Below, in pieces: positions 18,455 to 27,643 of a stretch of 42,844 nt of DNA. The notes under the pieces were generated by a model. The model worked only from the letters and a program-made list of their open reading frames with translations, was not told the origin of the DNA and did no database searches. This DNA comes from a virus (lineage: Duplodnaviria; Caudoviricetes): positions 1-42,844 of IMG/VR virus record IMGVR_UViG_3300017909_001134. One strand, 5' to 3'. Each line of letters opens with the position of its first letter. Position 1 is the first letter of the stretch. The translations under genes and the position numbers were made by a program.

Positions 18455-18849
18455 GCTCTCCTGACTTTTCTAGCTACCTTTTTACTATACTTAGCTTTTT
18501 GCTTACCCTTGGCAGAAGCTTGTCTTTTCTTCCTATTGGTAGCCGCACGCTCTGAGGCACTGAGACTCTTCCTAACTGATTCAGGTAAATAACGACCTCT
18601 CTTAGCTCTTGGCTTTTTTTCATCTCCCTTTGTGACATAATCCCATTTCTGTTTTGACCATTTAGATAATCTATTACTAGATGATTTAGCACCTTTGTAC
18701 CCACCACCTCTTTTCTTATAACGCTTTGTGGCAATCTGAGCCTTACGAGCAGACCACTGCCCCGGTCTTCCTCCAGAGCTACCAGCTTTCACAGAGGCTA
18801 CAATACTCTTCCACATTTTCTCGTTAGTTTTTTTAGCTGTTTTAGACAT
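18451..18849 (-). CDS. Highly basic protein with GGRPGQWSARKAQ motif (DUF5872-like)
   Basis: GQWSARKAQ...GGGY...L.KW.KQKW...RYLP pattern. Confidence 0.7.
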   Translation of the reverse strand: MSKTAKKTNEKMWKSIVASVKAGSSGGRPGQWSARKAQIATKRYKKRGGGYKGAKSSSNRLSKWSKQKWDYVTKGDEKKPRAKRGRYLPESVRKSLSASERAATNRKKRQASAKGKQKAKYSKKVARKVRRA

Positions 18850-19004
18850 TACTTCTTCTTATGTGTCATTTGCACCTTAAATGATGCAGTTAAACTAGCA
18901 CCCTTGTGTGGTTTATAACCACCTTTAGGATTCTTCATTAACTTATAGCTAGTACCAGATTTCATCCAGTGATAACCTGTTGGTGCTTTTATTTTCTTAT
19001 TCAT
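18849..19004 (-). CDS. Small basic protein (51 aa, MNKKIKAPTGYHWMK...PHKGAS...), not in ORF track
   Basis: Open frame that exactly fills the gap; TAATG coupling. Confidence 0.7.
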   Translation of the reverse strand: MNKKIKAPTGYHWMKSGTSYKLMKNPKGGYKPHKGASLTASFKVQMTHKKK

Positions 19005-19316
19005 TTAACTACCTTTCTTCCATTTCATAGATTTAGATTTAGTTTTACTAGGACTCCATTTAACTCGATTTGCCCAGTAGGCGGCACTCATCTTGCCCTT
19101 AGCTATATTTTTTGCATGGCGACTTTTAAAAGCCTTACGTTGTCCTACTGTTTGATTAGTTTTTACACCTTGTTGACCAAAGCGAATTGTTTTTACCTTG
19201 TCACCTACTTTAGCCACAACTACATGCGACTTCTTAGGATGCCCGGGAGTACGCTTAGGTTTATTATATCCTGATACACCCGCTCTAGCTAATCTTGGAT
19301 CTTTCTTTTTTGGCAT
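19005..19316 (-). CDS. Highly basic conserved phage protein (RFGQQG...FKSRH...SAAYWA)
   Basis: AGGAG RBS; motif recognised from aquatic viruses. Confidence 0.7.
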   Translation of the reverse strand: MPKKKDPRLARAGVSGYNKPKRTPGHPKKSHVVVAKVGDKVKTIRFGQQGVKTNQTVGQRKAFKSRHAKNIAKGKMSAAYWANRVKWSPSKTKSKSMKWKKGS

Positions 19317-19606
19317 TACATTTCTCCTTTATCTCTAAGTCTATCTAATTCCTTTTCTATATAATCAATGCGTTGATTCTGTCTTATATCAGCAGGGATT
19401 TCAGCATCTTGATTTTCGTATGCTTCTTCTTCTATACGTTCAAGATGTTCTTCATTAATCGCTACCTGATATTCTAAAAAAGATATACGAGTATTTAGCT
19501 GACCATAGCCCCACACCATTGCACCAATCAAACCTACCGCTTGTATAAGCATTGGTAAGCTAATATTAAGACTACTAGCATCTGATATTGGTTTATCCTT
19601 TTCCAT
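19316..19606 (-). CDS. Single-TM + coiled-coil protein
   Basis: LNISLPMLIQAVGLIGAMVWGY followed by a coiled coil. Confidence 0.65.
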   Translation of the reverse strand: MEKDKPISDASSLNISLPMLIQAVGLIGAMVWGYGQLNTRISFLEYQVAINEEHLERIEEEAYENQDAEIPADIRQNQRIDYIEKELDRLRDKGEM

Positions 19607-19910
19607 TTAACCTACTTATAATACCTTTTATTTCCGATACTTGATTGTCCAAATCATTAATCTCCTTCGTAAGCGAATCAAACTTTCTGTCAAGCTTGTC
19701 GTCACTCTGATTCCACCTCCCAATAAGCTTAATAACCATACCTTCCATGTTCTCAAGTGTTTCACTCTGACCCCTGTTCTCGGTTTTTAGATCTTGCAAA
19801 CTTTCTGCCTGCTCCAACCCTCTTTTGTTCATAGAGAATACCATATACACTAGCAAAAGCCCTACGACAGCGATCATACCCCCTTCTGCGTACACTTCCA
19901 TAAATTCCAT
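19593..19910 (-). CDS. Single-TM + coiled-coil protein (holin-like)
   Basis: GGMIAVVGLLLVYMVF TM segment and heptad repeats. Confidence 0.65.
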   Translation of the reverse strand: MEFMEVYAEGGMIAVVGLLLVYMVFSMNKRGLEQAESLQDLKTENRGQSETLENMEGMVIKLIGRWNQSDDKLDRKFDSLTKEINDLDNQVSEIKGIISRLNGKG

Positions 19911-19974
19911 TATCTTTTTCTCCGCACTTCACGATTAATAAAATAGTTGTGATTAAAGTCTTCTTCTGTTAAGA

Positions 19975-20313
19975 TTACTTTCTCTTCCTTTTTTTCTTTC
20001 CCCAACTTAAAGGGTTTAAATTTAATTCTTCCTCGTACCATTTTAATTGTTCTTGCATTTGTGTTATTTTTATTTCTTCTTGTTGAATATGTTTCTCTAC
20101 CAATTCCTCAATGTTGGTATCAGCAAGTTCCATTCTTCTTTCAAGATCTCCAATTCTATTTGTAATTTGTAAGTATCCATAAACAACACCAGAAATGGCA
20201 ACACAAATTTGTAAAAGCCACTTAATGTTAAGATGGATACTAAGGTTATCATCCACCAATCCTGTCTTGTAACTTCTCGCTGTCTGTGGATCGTAATTCT
20301 TCTCATTACTCAT
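19975..20313 (-). CDS. Single-TM + coiled-coil protein
   Basis: LNIKWLLQICVAISGVVYGY TM segment; basic C-terminus. Confidence 0.65.
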   Translation of the reverse strand: MSNEKNYDPQTARSYKTGLVDDNLSIHLNIKWLLQICVAISGVVYGYLQITNRIGDLERRMELADTNIEELVEKHIQQEEIKITQMQEQLKWYEEELNLNPLSWGKKKRKRK

Positions 20314-20399
20314 ACACAGCTACCAAGAAGCACTAGACCTCCTAGCACTATTACTAAAAATGCTATAATAGAAACGTAATCTTTCCAGTCTTCATTCAA
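20310..20399 (-). CDS. Tiny membrane peptide with lipobox (MNEDWKDYVSIIAFLVIVLGGLVLLGSCV, TTG start)
   Basis: Fills the gap and overlaps both neighbours; LLGSC lipobox. Confidence 0.45.
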   Translation of the reverse strand: MNEDWKDYVSIIAFLVIVLGGLVLLGSCV

Positions 20400-20817
20400 T
20401 GTCTGAAGTCCAGTCTGTTCCAGAAAGTTCAGTCATTATCTGACTATGAGAATACTTAGTATAGCTATCAAATACATCTGGATCATTGTCTGCATCATTA
20501 TCACAAGCAAACTTCAGTAATGCTTTAGAGCTATCACCTGTGCTACCACTATTCTTTCTAAGCGTTTCTTTGCTTGATTGTATTGCATTATCAATAAAAG
20601 CATTAGATACAGGAATAGCTCCTAATAGCTCTGATTTGCTCATAGACGCTGTATATTCATAACCATAGCTATCCATCCATGCTTTTATTTCTGTTACTGT
20701 ATTTGAGTCTGTAGGTGCATCTGCTGAATCAATATCAGCTACAGGCACGATCATATATGCCCTGTTTACCCACCTACCACTATAGTCATCTGACCATCTA
20801 TTTGTTTCTTCACTCAT
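20392..20817 (-). CDS. Tail-fibre-associated protein with inserted HeH/LEM-like motif
   Basis: Follows the RBP gene; NTVTEIKAWMDSYGYEYTASMSKSELL. Confidence 0.55.
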   Translation of the reverse strand: MSEETNRWSDDYSGRWVNRAYMIVPVADIDSADAPTDSNTVTEIKAWMDSYGYEYTASMSKSELLGAIPVSNAFIDNAIQSSKETLRKNSGSTGDSSKALLKFACDNDADNDPDVFDSYTKYSHSQIMTELSGTDWTSDIE

Positions 20818-20826
20818 AATTTTCCT

Positions 20827-23800
20827 CTAAGGTGTTGTTGTTGAACGATTAGTATCACCTTTTGCATAGCCATTAGGTTCTGCGTTTGGTGAACTTTTTA
20901 AATCTGCTGATTCTGTATTGGTAGCAGTACCATGATTTGAGTTTCCACTTCTATCGTAGATAGTACCATCACCCACATCACTTAATCCTGTTTTAGCATC
21001 TAAAGCACCCATTGCCCAATAACCTTTTAGATTATCTGAGTAACTATCAAGTAAGTTGCCATGTCTGCCTAAATTATAAATTGCACTAACTTCTGTGCTA
21101 CTAAGTTCTTTGTTCCAAATAGCTGTCTGCCCTATCTCTACAACACCATAATTAGAACCTACTGACCTTCTTAAAGCACCTATTGCTTGATTATCTAAAT
21201 TAGCAGTAAAACCACCTGATGTCCCCGAACTTTCAGATGATTCATTTATAACTCCATTTACATATAATGACCTACTTGATGTAGATGCAAAAACAGCCAC
21301 TACATGATACCAAGTATCTACTGATAAAGCACCCGATACTTTATTAAATATTCCACTACTTCTATCTATCATTGTAAATTTGCTTGTAGCATTTGACCAA
21401 AAAATTGCTTTGTATTCAGAATCTGTATTTATATTAGCAATAGAAAATATATATGCAGTTTGACCACTAAGAGGTTTTACCCAAACAGACACAGAAAAAG
21501 GATAAGTATCTACAGATTGAGGTGTGTCTATATATTCATCTGTACCACCAAAGTCAAAATAGTTATACGCAGAGTTTACTCCTGTGCCAAGAAAGGATTG
21601 GTCTGGTAGAACTGAGGAATAGACTAAATCAGCAGAGTCTTGATTTGTCATTGTGCCGACATTGCCGAGTATCTTTTTAACTGAAACATTATCTATTTTA
21701 AATGTTCCTGCCTCTGTCCTACCCTCTATTTCTAAATCTTTAGCAGAACCAAAAGTACTACTTTTATTAAAATACACTTCATTTGTTCCATTTTGATAAG
21801 TTGCAGAGGCAACTAACTCATTACTTCCTGCAAGTAATTTTATTCTTGCACCACTACTTGCATCTGATATATCAAAACTAAATTTATATACTCCTGCATC
21901 TTGAAATGTAGAAGATGCTACCTCAAGTTTAGTGTTTCCACCATCATCATATATTGCTTTACCACCAGATATAGTCCAATTAGCTCCTGTTACCCAATAT
22001 GTTCCTGTAGTAGATGCTGATTGTGTACCACTTAATGTAAAATCAGTATCACTCCCCATTAACTCTACTCCAAGAACAGGCTCATTTACATCTATGATGG
22101 CAGGGTGAGTGTCTGATACTTCTGATTGTAGGACTTTTTGTACCTTTACATCATCAAGAAATAATCTACCTATATGTGCATTATCATAAGCAGTTGGTAA
22201 AAATTGTAAATAATTATTTGCAGAGCCACATACAATATGTATTTCTTGAAATTCCCAAGTATCGTATTCTGCAACTGTTTTATCAACATTTAATGCATCA
22301 CCACCTACATTTGAAAGACCAAGACCAACGATAAAATCTTTAGTTGAACTATCTGCTTGAGACTTTCTTGCATAATAACTTATTTTATATACTTTCCCAT
22401 CTTCAGCATTACCACCAAGGTCAAACTGTGCATTAAAACGACTAGATGTACTTGCATCATTTATATCAATACAGGTTCTTCCATCAACTGTAGCGTGTGA
22501 TATTGTTCTTTCTGAATCAGAATTATTTTGACTCCAACCACTTATATCAGAATCAAATGTACTATTAGTAACTAAATTCGCACCCAACTCTTCTGAACTA
22601 CTCTCGAAACTTCCTAAATCCCAACCACCTACCATTTGCTGTACTATGTCATCTGATGCACCATTTGTGATAGTACCATCGTTTGAGTTAGAACTTGAAT
22701 CTGCTATAGTAGGATATGCCTTACTTGTGTCATCGCCCATTCTCCAATAACCAACAAGTCCACTAAGTGAAGATTCATCGTAAGTAATTCCTTGCTGATA
22801 GATAGCGTAGACTTCTTCTGCTGATTTGGCTGTGTTATAAACTGCTACCGATGAAATTGCACCATTAAAATGTTGTCCATAACTTGCACCTTTTCTTGCA
22901 CCTATAATTATATTTCTTGAATATGTATTACTATTTACACAAGACGCAGAATGAACTTCAATCCCATTTGCATATAATTTTAAAGTATCATCAGATTTAC
23001 TTAATACAAGATATGACCATTGTCCTACTGGTATTTGGTATGAAGAAGTATATGCTGTATTAGGAACTGGAAAATATGCATTAAATGTATTACTTGTAGC
23101 AGAGCGATTATAAAGTATTAATTCCTCATCACTTGAATCTGCATCTGCTATTGCTAAAAATATATCATCTGATGAAAAAGAATTAGGATTTATCCACATT
23201 GATATAGAAAAATTTGTAAAATCAAGTGATACTTTTGGTGTTACCACATAATCATTAACACCATCAAAATCCACTACAGAAAAGCGATTGTCTCTCATGG
23301 GGGTGAATCTGCTCTTTGCAAACTGCTTTATGGTTTGAGCATCGAGTGCTGTTTGGTAAAGTGATAAATTTGAAATCTTGCCTGTAAATAAATTTGCATT
23401 ATTATCAGTTCTTCTACCAATATTTGATACACTTACATCTGGAGAACTTAAAGTTCCAGAGGTTGTCAAACTCTGATTAACTCCATCAATGTATATTTTG
23501 CCTGTTGTATCACTAAGTGTTATTACAACATGATACCATCTATTAGCTGAAATAACAGAATCTGGTGTTTGTATATAAGAAGCACCACCAAAATGAGCCC
23601 TTACCCACCCATCTACAGCATGATAACCAATCCATATTTCTAATGCTCCTGTCGTACTATATATTGCAGGATTACCACTTGATGCAGATGGATTAAACCA
23701 AAAATTAATTGAAAGTGGTGCAGAAGGATTATTACCTACAACTATATAATCATTACTACCATCAAAGTCTGTATAGAAGTCCTGTCTTGCTATTGCAGTA

Positions 23801-24480
23801 GTGGATTCTGGTTCTGCTTTGTCTCCACAGCGTAGCCACAATTTTAGATTATCCGTTCTGTCCGTTCCGTATGATGCTGATTTACTAAGATCAATTACCT
23901 TACCATTGTTGTATATGGAAGTAACATCTGAGGCACTTAAAGCAGTATCCCAAACTGCTACTTCGTCAATGAGTCCTGTAAAAGTATATGAAGTATCGTA
24001 GTATGCACCAATTATATTTTTTAAACCATTAAAATCCATATTTGCTGATGATGGAAATGTTCCACTCGTTGCTACAAATGACACATGACTGCCATTAATA
24101 TAAACTTTAGTATCAGATTCACTACCTGCTTTGTAAACTACTGCAATATGTTGCCAATCCGTACTCGTATTATTGATATAGCCATTCCAACCATTAGCAT
24201 TTAAACTAAAATAAATTTTATTTGCAGAATACGCTATATCAATTTCACCATAAGCACCATTAAAATTTCCTATAGTAAATAATCCTTCTTCTACATTGGT
24301 AGCATTTGCTTTAAACCACATAGAAACCGATAAATCACCACTATAATTATCTCCAAGTGTATTACCAAGTGAAGTTCCTGCATCTAAATAATCATTAGAA
24401 CCATCGAAATTGAAGGAAAAGTCGTTGGGGAACTTTTTTATTACCCCACTTTTTGTTAGTAGGTTGCCTAAGCCAAGCAT
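20827..24480 (-). CDS. Receptor-binding/tail protein with four LamG (ConA-like) modules and carbohydrate-binding-like domains
   Basis: Four FDGxNDY-like starts, WxHxxxV and YxNG strands, IDEVAVW/LVGYWRMG motifs. Confidence 0.85.
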   Translation of the reverse strand: MLGLGNLLTKSGVIKKFPNDFSFNFDGSNDYLDAGTSLGNTLGDNYSGDLSVSMWFKANATNVEEGLFTIGNFNGAYGEIDIAYSANKIYFSLNANGWNGYINNTSTDWQHIAVVYKAGSESDTKVYINGSHVSFVATSGTFPSSANMDFNGLKNIIGAYYDTSYTFTGLIDEVAVWDTALSASDVTSIYNNGKVIDLSKSASYGTDRTDNLKLWLRCGDKAEPESTTAIARQDFYTDFDGSNDYIVVGNNPSAPLSINFWFNPSASSGNPAIYSTTGALEIWIGYHAVDGWVRAHFGGASYIQTPDSVISANRWYHVVITLSDTTGKIYIDGVNQSLTTSGTLSSPDVSVSNIGRRTDNNANLFTGKISNLSLYQTALDAQTIKQFAKSRFTPMRDNRFSVVDFDGVNDYVVTPKVSLDFTNFSISMWINPNSFSSDDIFLAIADADSSDEELILYNRSATSNTFNAYFPVPNTAYTSSYQIPVGQWSYLVLSKSDDTLKLYANGIEVHSASCVNSNTYSRNIIIGARKGASYGQHFNGAISSVAVYNTAKSAEEVYAIYQQGITYDESSLSGLVGYWRMGDDTSKAYPTIADSSSNSNDGTITNGASDDIVQQMVGGWDLGSFESSSEELGANLVTNSTFDSDISGWSQNNSDSERTISHATVDGRTCIDINDASTSSRFNAQFDLGGNAEDGKVYKISYYARKSQADSSTKDFIVGLGLSNVGGDALNVDKTVAEYDTWEFQEIHIVCGSANNYLQFLPTAYDNAHIGRLFLDDVKVQKVLQSEVSDTHPAIIDVNEPVLGVELMGSDTDFTLSGTQSASTTGTYWVTGANWTISGGKAIYDDGGNTKLEVASSTFQDAGVYKFSFDISDASSGARIKLLAGSNELVASATYQNGTNEVYFNKSSTFGSAKDLEIEGRTEAGTFKIDNVSVKKILGNVGTMTNQDSADLVYSSVLPDQSFLGTGVNSAYNYFDFGGTDEYIDTPQSVDTYPFSVSVWVKPLSGQTAYIFSIANINTDSEYKAIFWSNATSKFTMIDRSSGIFNKVSGALSVDTWYHVVAVFASTSSRSLYVNGVINESSESSGTSGGFTANLDNQAIGALRRSVGSNYGVVEIGQTAIWNKELSSTEVSAIYNLGRHGNLLDSYSDNLKGYWAMGALDAKTGLSDVGDGTIYDRSGNSNHGTATNTESADLKSSPNAEPNGYAKGDTNRSTTTP

Positions 24481-24484
24481 AGAC

Positions 24485-24781
24485 TTAGCCTAAGTAAGCT
24501 ATTACAAGTCCAGATGTAAGGTCAATAGTACTCCATCTACCATAGATCGTAACACCTTGTGGTATTGTTTCAGATGCCATCGTATTACCATTGTAACTAC
24601 CTACACCATAACCATTAGTAGTATCTGTAGGTGTTAGTGCATTGAATACAGTATCTTCTAACATTGTAATTGCTACAAATGTACCTGAATGGCTTTCTGT
24701 ATCTGAAATAAATTTAGCACCCGCTTGACCTAGTGCTACATTGCTGGATTCATTAACCGTATATTTATTTATACTTGCCAT
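24485..24781 (-). CDS. Small virion structural protein
   Basis: AGGAG RBS; TIPQGVTIYGRW...LTSG...AY beta-rich pattern. Confidence 0.65.
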   Translation of the reverse strand: MASINKYTVNESSNVALGQAGAKFISDTESHSGTFVAITMLEDTVFNALTPTDTTNGYGVGSYNGNTMASETIPQGVTIYGRWSTIDLTSGLVIAYLG

Positions 24782-24797
24782 TTTGTTTCTCCTATCT

Positions 24798-24833
24798 TAT
24801 GCCTTGCCGAGCGTGGCAACTCTCATGGGCATA
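24798..24833 (-). promoter_or_regulatory. Intergenic bulged hairpin just 5' of the RBS of 24781
   Basis: TATGCC-[CATGAGAG]-TTGCC-ACGCTC-GGCAA-GGCATA on the minus strand. Confidence 0.5.
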
Positions 24834-24837
24834 TTGG

Positions 24838-25665
24838 TTATTTAAAATCTGCTGGTACTATTGCCCTAGTTCCACCAGTCTTACTTCTCTTTTTTGTTCC
24901 GTATTTTTTTACGGCATTGTTAAAACTTCTTTCATGTTGTGCCATTAGTCCCATAGAAACTTGTGCTATATTGCCGTCACTTGCCGTTCCAGCCCTATCC
25001 ATATATAAGCATTTTTTCACATAATCTACAATAGCAGAATGAAATAAATTATCTACATCTGGCTTATCTGTTAAATTCTGTACTTTTTTAGGGTTTCCAT
25101 AGTAATGTATCAAAAGACCATTAACTATATTATGATCTATCGCAGTGTAAGATTTTCTAGCTGTTCTCGTTTCACTTTCTGAATCGTAGTTTGTAATGAT
25201 ACCCATGTGATCACCACGAATAAAATAATTAACACTAGCTTCAGGATACTTTATATTACCAACTAATTGACCAGTACCTTGAGTGGTTGTAGATATTGTA
25301 AAACCTGTATTGTTATCAGATGCATCTGTAACACTACCCCTATTTGTATTTGTTACTGTAACTTCGTTACTAGAAACAGATGCTGAAAAATTAGATAAAG
25401 CATCTAATGCATTTTTTAGTGCCGTTGCAATACCTGAAGCACTATAATCTGTACTTGTAAATACTGAAATAGCAGTCTTGCCAGATATAGAAGGATCTGT
25501 TCCTACACCATTAAGAATAAAATAAACATAATATTCAACTATTTTATATCCAACATCTGTAGTTGTATCTACTTCTACAGCGTTAATAAAAAAATAAGTA
25601 CTTCTTAATGAATTACTCGAATCACCTACGGTTACTATTTTTGTTATTTCTTGTGCTAATGCCAT
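24838..25665 (-). CDS. Tail/neck structural protein (adaptor-like C-terminal half)
   Basis: Position; C-terminal PDVDN.FHSAIVDYV helix typical of adaptors. Confidence 0.5.
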   Translation of the reverse strand: MALAQEITKIVTVGDSSNSLRSTYFFINAVEVDTTTDVGYKIVEYYVYFILNGVGTDPSISGKTAISVFTSTDYSASGIATALKNALDALSNFSASVSSNEVTVTNTNRGSVTDASDNNTGFTISTTTQGTGQLVGNIKYPEASVNYFIRGDHMGIITNYDSESETRTARKSYTAIDHNIVNGLLIHYYGNPKKVQNLTDKPDVDNLFHSAIVDYVKKCLYMDRAGTASDGNIAQVSMGLMAQHERSFNNAVKKYGTKKRSKTGGTRAIVPADFK

Positions 25666-26021
25666 TATTCTGGTACGTTTATTGCACTTTCAGATGCAAT
25701 GTCAAATTGTAAAGGTTCACCGTCTAATACTCTAGGTATTCTTATATAATCACCAGCATCATCAAGAATATCTACTCTATAAATTTTATTTATTCCCATA
25801 TCTTCCCCAGCAGAGTCTGTAGCACCATCTCCAATATTATAAAACATTTTACCTGACTCTAGATCTATTTTAGCTGATACAGACTTTTGAGAGTACTGAC
25901 CAATTTCATTGACCGCATCATTGATAAGCGACATAATATATGTTTCGGGTGCATCTGGAAATACTTGCCTAACCCTACTGATAATTTGCTTTACTGTAAG
26001 TTCATGTATTGGATGTGCCAT
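25665..26021 (-). CDS. Head-tail adaptor-like protein
   Basis: TVKQIISRVR...LINDA..EI adaptor N-terminal pattern. Confidence 0.55.
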   Translation of the reverse strand: MAHPIHELTVKQIISRVRQVFPDAPETYIMSLINDAVNEIGQYSQKSVSAKIDLESGKMFYNIGDGATDSAGEDMGINKIYRVDILDDAGDYIRIPRVLDGEPLQFDIASESAINVPE

Positions 26022-26022
26022 A

Positions 26023-27267
26023 TTACCTCACTAACTGTGCTAAACCTTTATCATAATCAGCTTGTAATTTAACTTGTTGCTGAGTATATATATTGTAATT
26101 CCGTTGATTATTTTCAAGATTTTGAGAATATGTTTGTACTTCAGTATTTACCAAAGCACTATACTTGTTTAATTCTGCTAAAAATTTAGAAACCAGATCA
26201 TCATTGTTTTGTATAGCCGCTTGTAATGTTTGTGCCTTGTTTTGTAAATCCAATGCTTGATCTTGAGCTTTATTAAATTTATCAACATCTGTTGCCTGAG
26301 ATGCTTCTTGCTGTGCATCTGCGGCATCAATTTGAGCCTGTCTTAATTCTACCTGTAAATCTGTATTATGCTTTGCAAGTTCTGCTTGTATATTAGCTTG
26401 ATATCTAACATTCTCTTTATTAAACTCATTTAATTCATTTTGAATATCCGCTCTATGTGCATCAAGTAGTTGATTTTGTTTTTGTAATTCTACAGATGCT
26501 AATTCAATATCTTCATTAGTAGCAAGCATAGTATCAAAATCATTACCGCTTCCAAAATTTACAGTAGTACTGGGCTTTGTATATGAAGGAACATGTCCAC
26601 TAATATCAGCTTTTGAAACTGTAGAAACAGTAATCGCACCCACAGAACTAGAACTAGCATCTGCATTACTAGCATTAGAATACGATATAGTTGCTAAACT
26701 AGGAGCACTTGGTGCTGATGCTGATATACTTAAATCTGATTTTACAAGACTACTTATTTTATTTTGTAATGCCTTTATAGATGCATATAATGGAACTAAA
26801 TATTCTCCATCATCTGGAAACTTTGCAATAGCAGAATCTCCAAAAGCTACTGTTGGATAATTTAATGTTTGAACAATTCCACTTTGAGAATTTGTAGGAG
26901 TAGGAATAATATTTAATACATTATCTCTTACAAAAAATACAGGATCTGTTGCTGTTGCAAATGACATATCAGATGAATCCCTAACTCTACCCTCTAATTG
27001 AGGTGCTATTTCTCTACAAGGCTGATTAATAGTATCATCATTTCTAACGACACCAAATACTTCAGAACCACCTAAAGTTAAAGTAGGGCTACTAGCATTT
27101 AATGCATTAGACGTAGTAAATAGTCTTTGTCTAGTTCTTGGTAGTGAATTTAAAATTTCTTTAGCACCATCTGTTAAAAACTGTGTTAATTCATCTTGTG
27201 TAGGTGCACTACTACCATCAATAGATAGCCCAGTTAAACCTTCTACTTGTACTTCAAATGTTGCCAT
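26023..27267 (-). CDS. Adaptor-like structural protein with long Gln/Asn coiled-coil extension
   Basis: ELTQFLTDGAKEI N-terminus, DPVFFV...IPTP and YASIKAL, then a coiled coil. Confidence 0.55.
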   Translation of the reverse strand: MATFEVQVEGLTGLSIDGSSAPTQDELTQFLTDGAKEILNSLPRTRQRLFTTSNALNASSPTLTLGGSEVFGVVRNDDTINQPCREIAPQLEGRVRDSSDMSFATATDPVFFVRDNVLNIIPTPTNSQSGIVQTLNYPTVAFGDSAIAKFPDDGEYLVPLYASIKALQNKISSLVKSDLSISASAPSAPSLATISYSNASNADASSSSVGAITVSTVSKADISGHVPSYTKPSTTVNFGSGNDFDTMLATNEDIELASVELQKQNQLLDAHRADIQNELNEFNKENVRYQANIQAELAKHNTDLQVELRQAQIDAADAQQEASQATDVDKFNKAQDQALDLQNKAQTLQAAIQNNDDLVSKFLAELNKYSALVNTEVQTYSQNLENNQRNYNIYTQQQVKLQADYDKGLAQLVR

Positions 27268-27365
27268 TATATTTTAATTGGCTTTCTTAAAGCTTCCATT
27301 ACTGGATCTTTCTTTTTAATTGGCTTTAAAGTTTTCTTTTTTACTGCTTTCTTTTTAGTTACCAT
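27267..27365 (-). CDS. Tiny Lys-rich peptide (32 aa, MVTKKKAVKKKTLKPIKKKDPVMEALRKPIKI)
   Basis: Open frame filling the gap; TAATG coupling to the next gene. Confidence 0.5.
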   Translation of the reverse strand: MVTKKKAVKKKTLKPIKKKDPVMEALRKPIKI

Positions 27366-27561
27366 ATACTCTACTTCTCATTTCTTTTGCATTTTGATCA
27401 ATGCTTTGCGTAGAAAGCTCTACATCTGTACGCTTACCCATAGTAGACATCATATACATATTTGTAGTAAATATGCTTTTTGAAGCTTTCTTACCGCACT
27501 TCTTACAATAAAACCACCCTTCTTTATTAGGGTGATTACAATGTATACATTTCTTTTTCAT
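27355..27561 (-). CDS. Zinc-ribbon protein
   Basis: CIHC-x10-CKKC; AAGGA RBS. Confidence 0.7.
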   Translation of the reverse strand: MKKKCIHCNHPNKEGWFYCKKCGKKASKSIFTTNMYMMSTMGKRTDVELSTQSIDQNAKEMRSRVYGN

Positions 27562-27570
27562 AATATTCCT

Positions 27571-27621
27571 TTTATAGTTTTGGGGAGGAACTTTTATTGA
27601 ACCTCCCCACAGTACTATAAA
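27571..27621 (-). terminator. Long hairpin after the capsid genes (attenuator or processing site)
   Basis: TTTATAGT..TGGGGAGG / CCTCCCCA..ACTATAAA; no U-tract on the minus strand. Confidence 0.5.
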
Positions 27622-27643
27622 CTGTTATCCTTATGTATTCGGA

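Noticed and set aside
20827-24480. Diversity-generating retroelement target
   Set aside because: No reverse transcriptase gene and no template/variable repeat pair seen.
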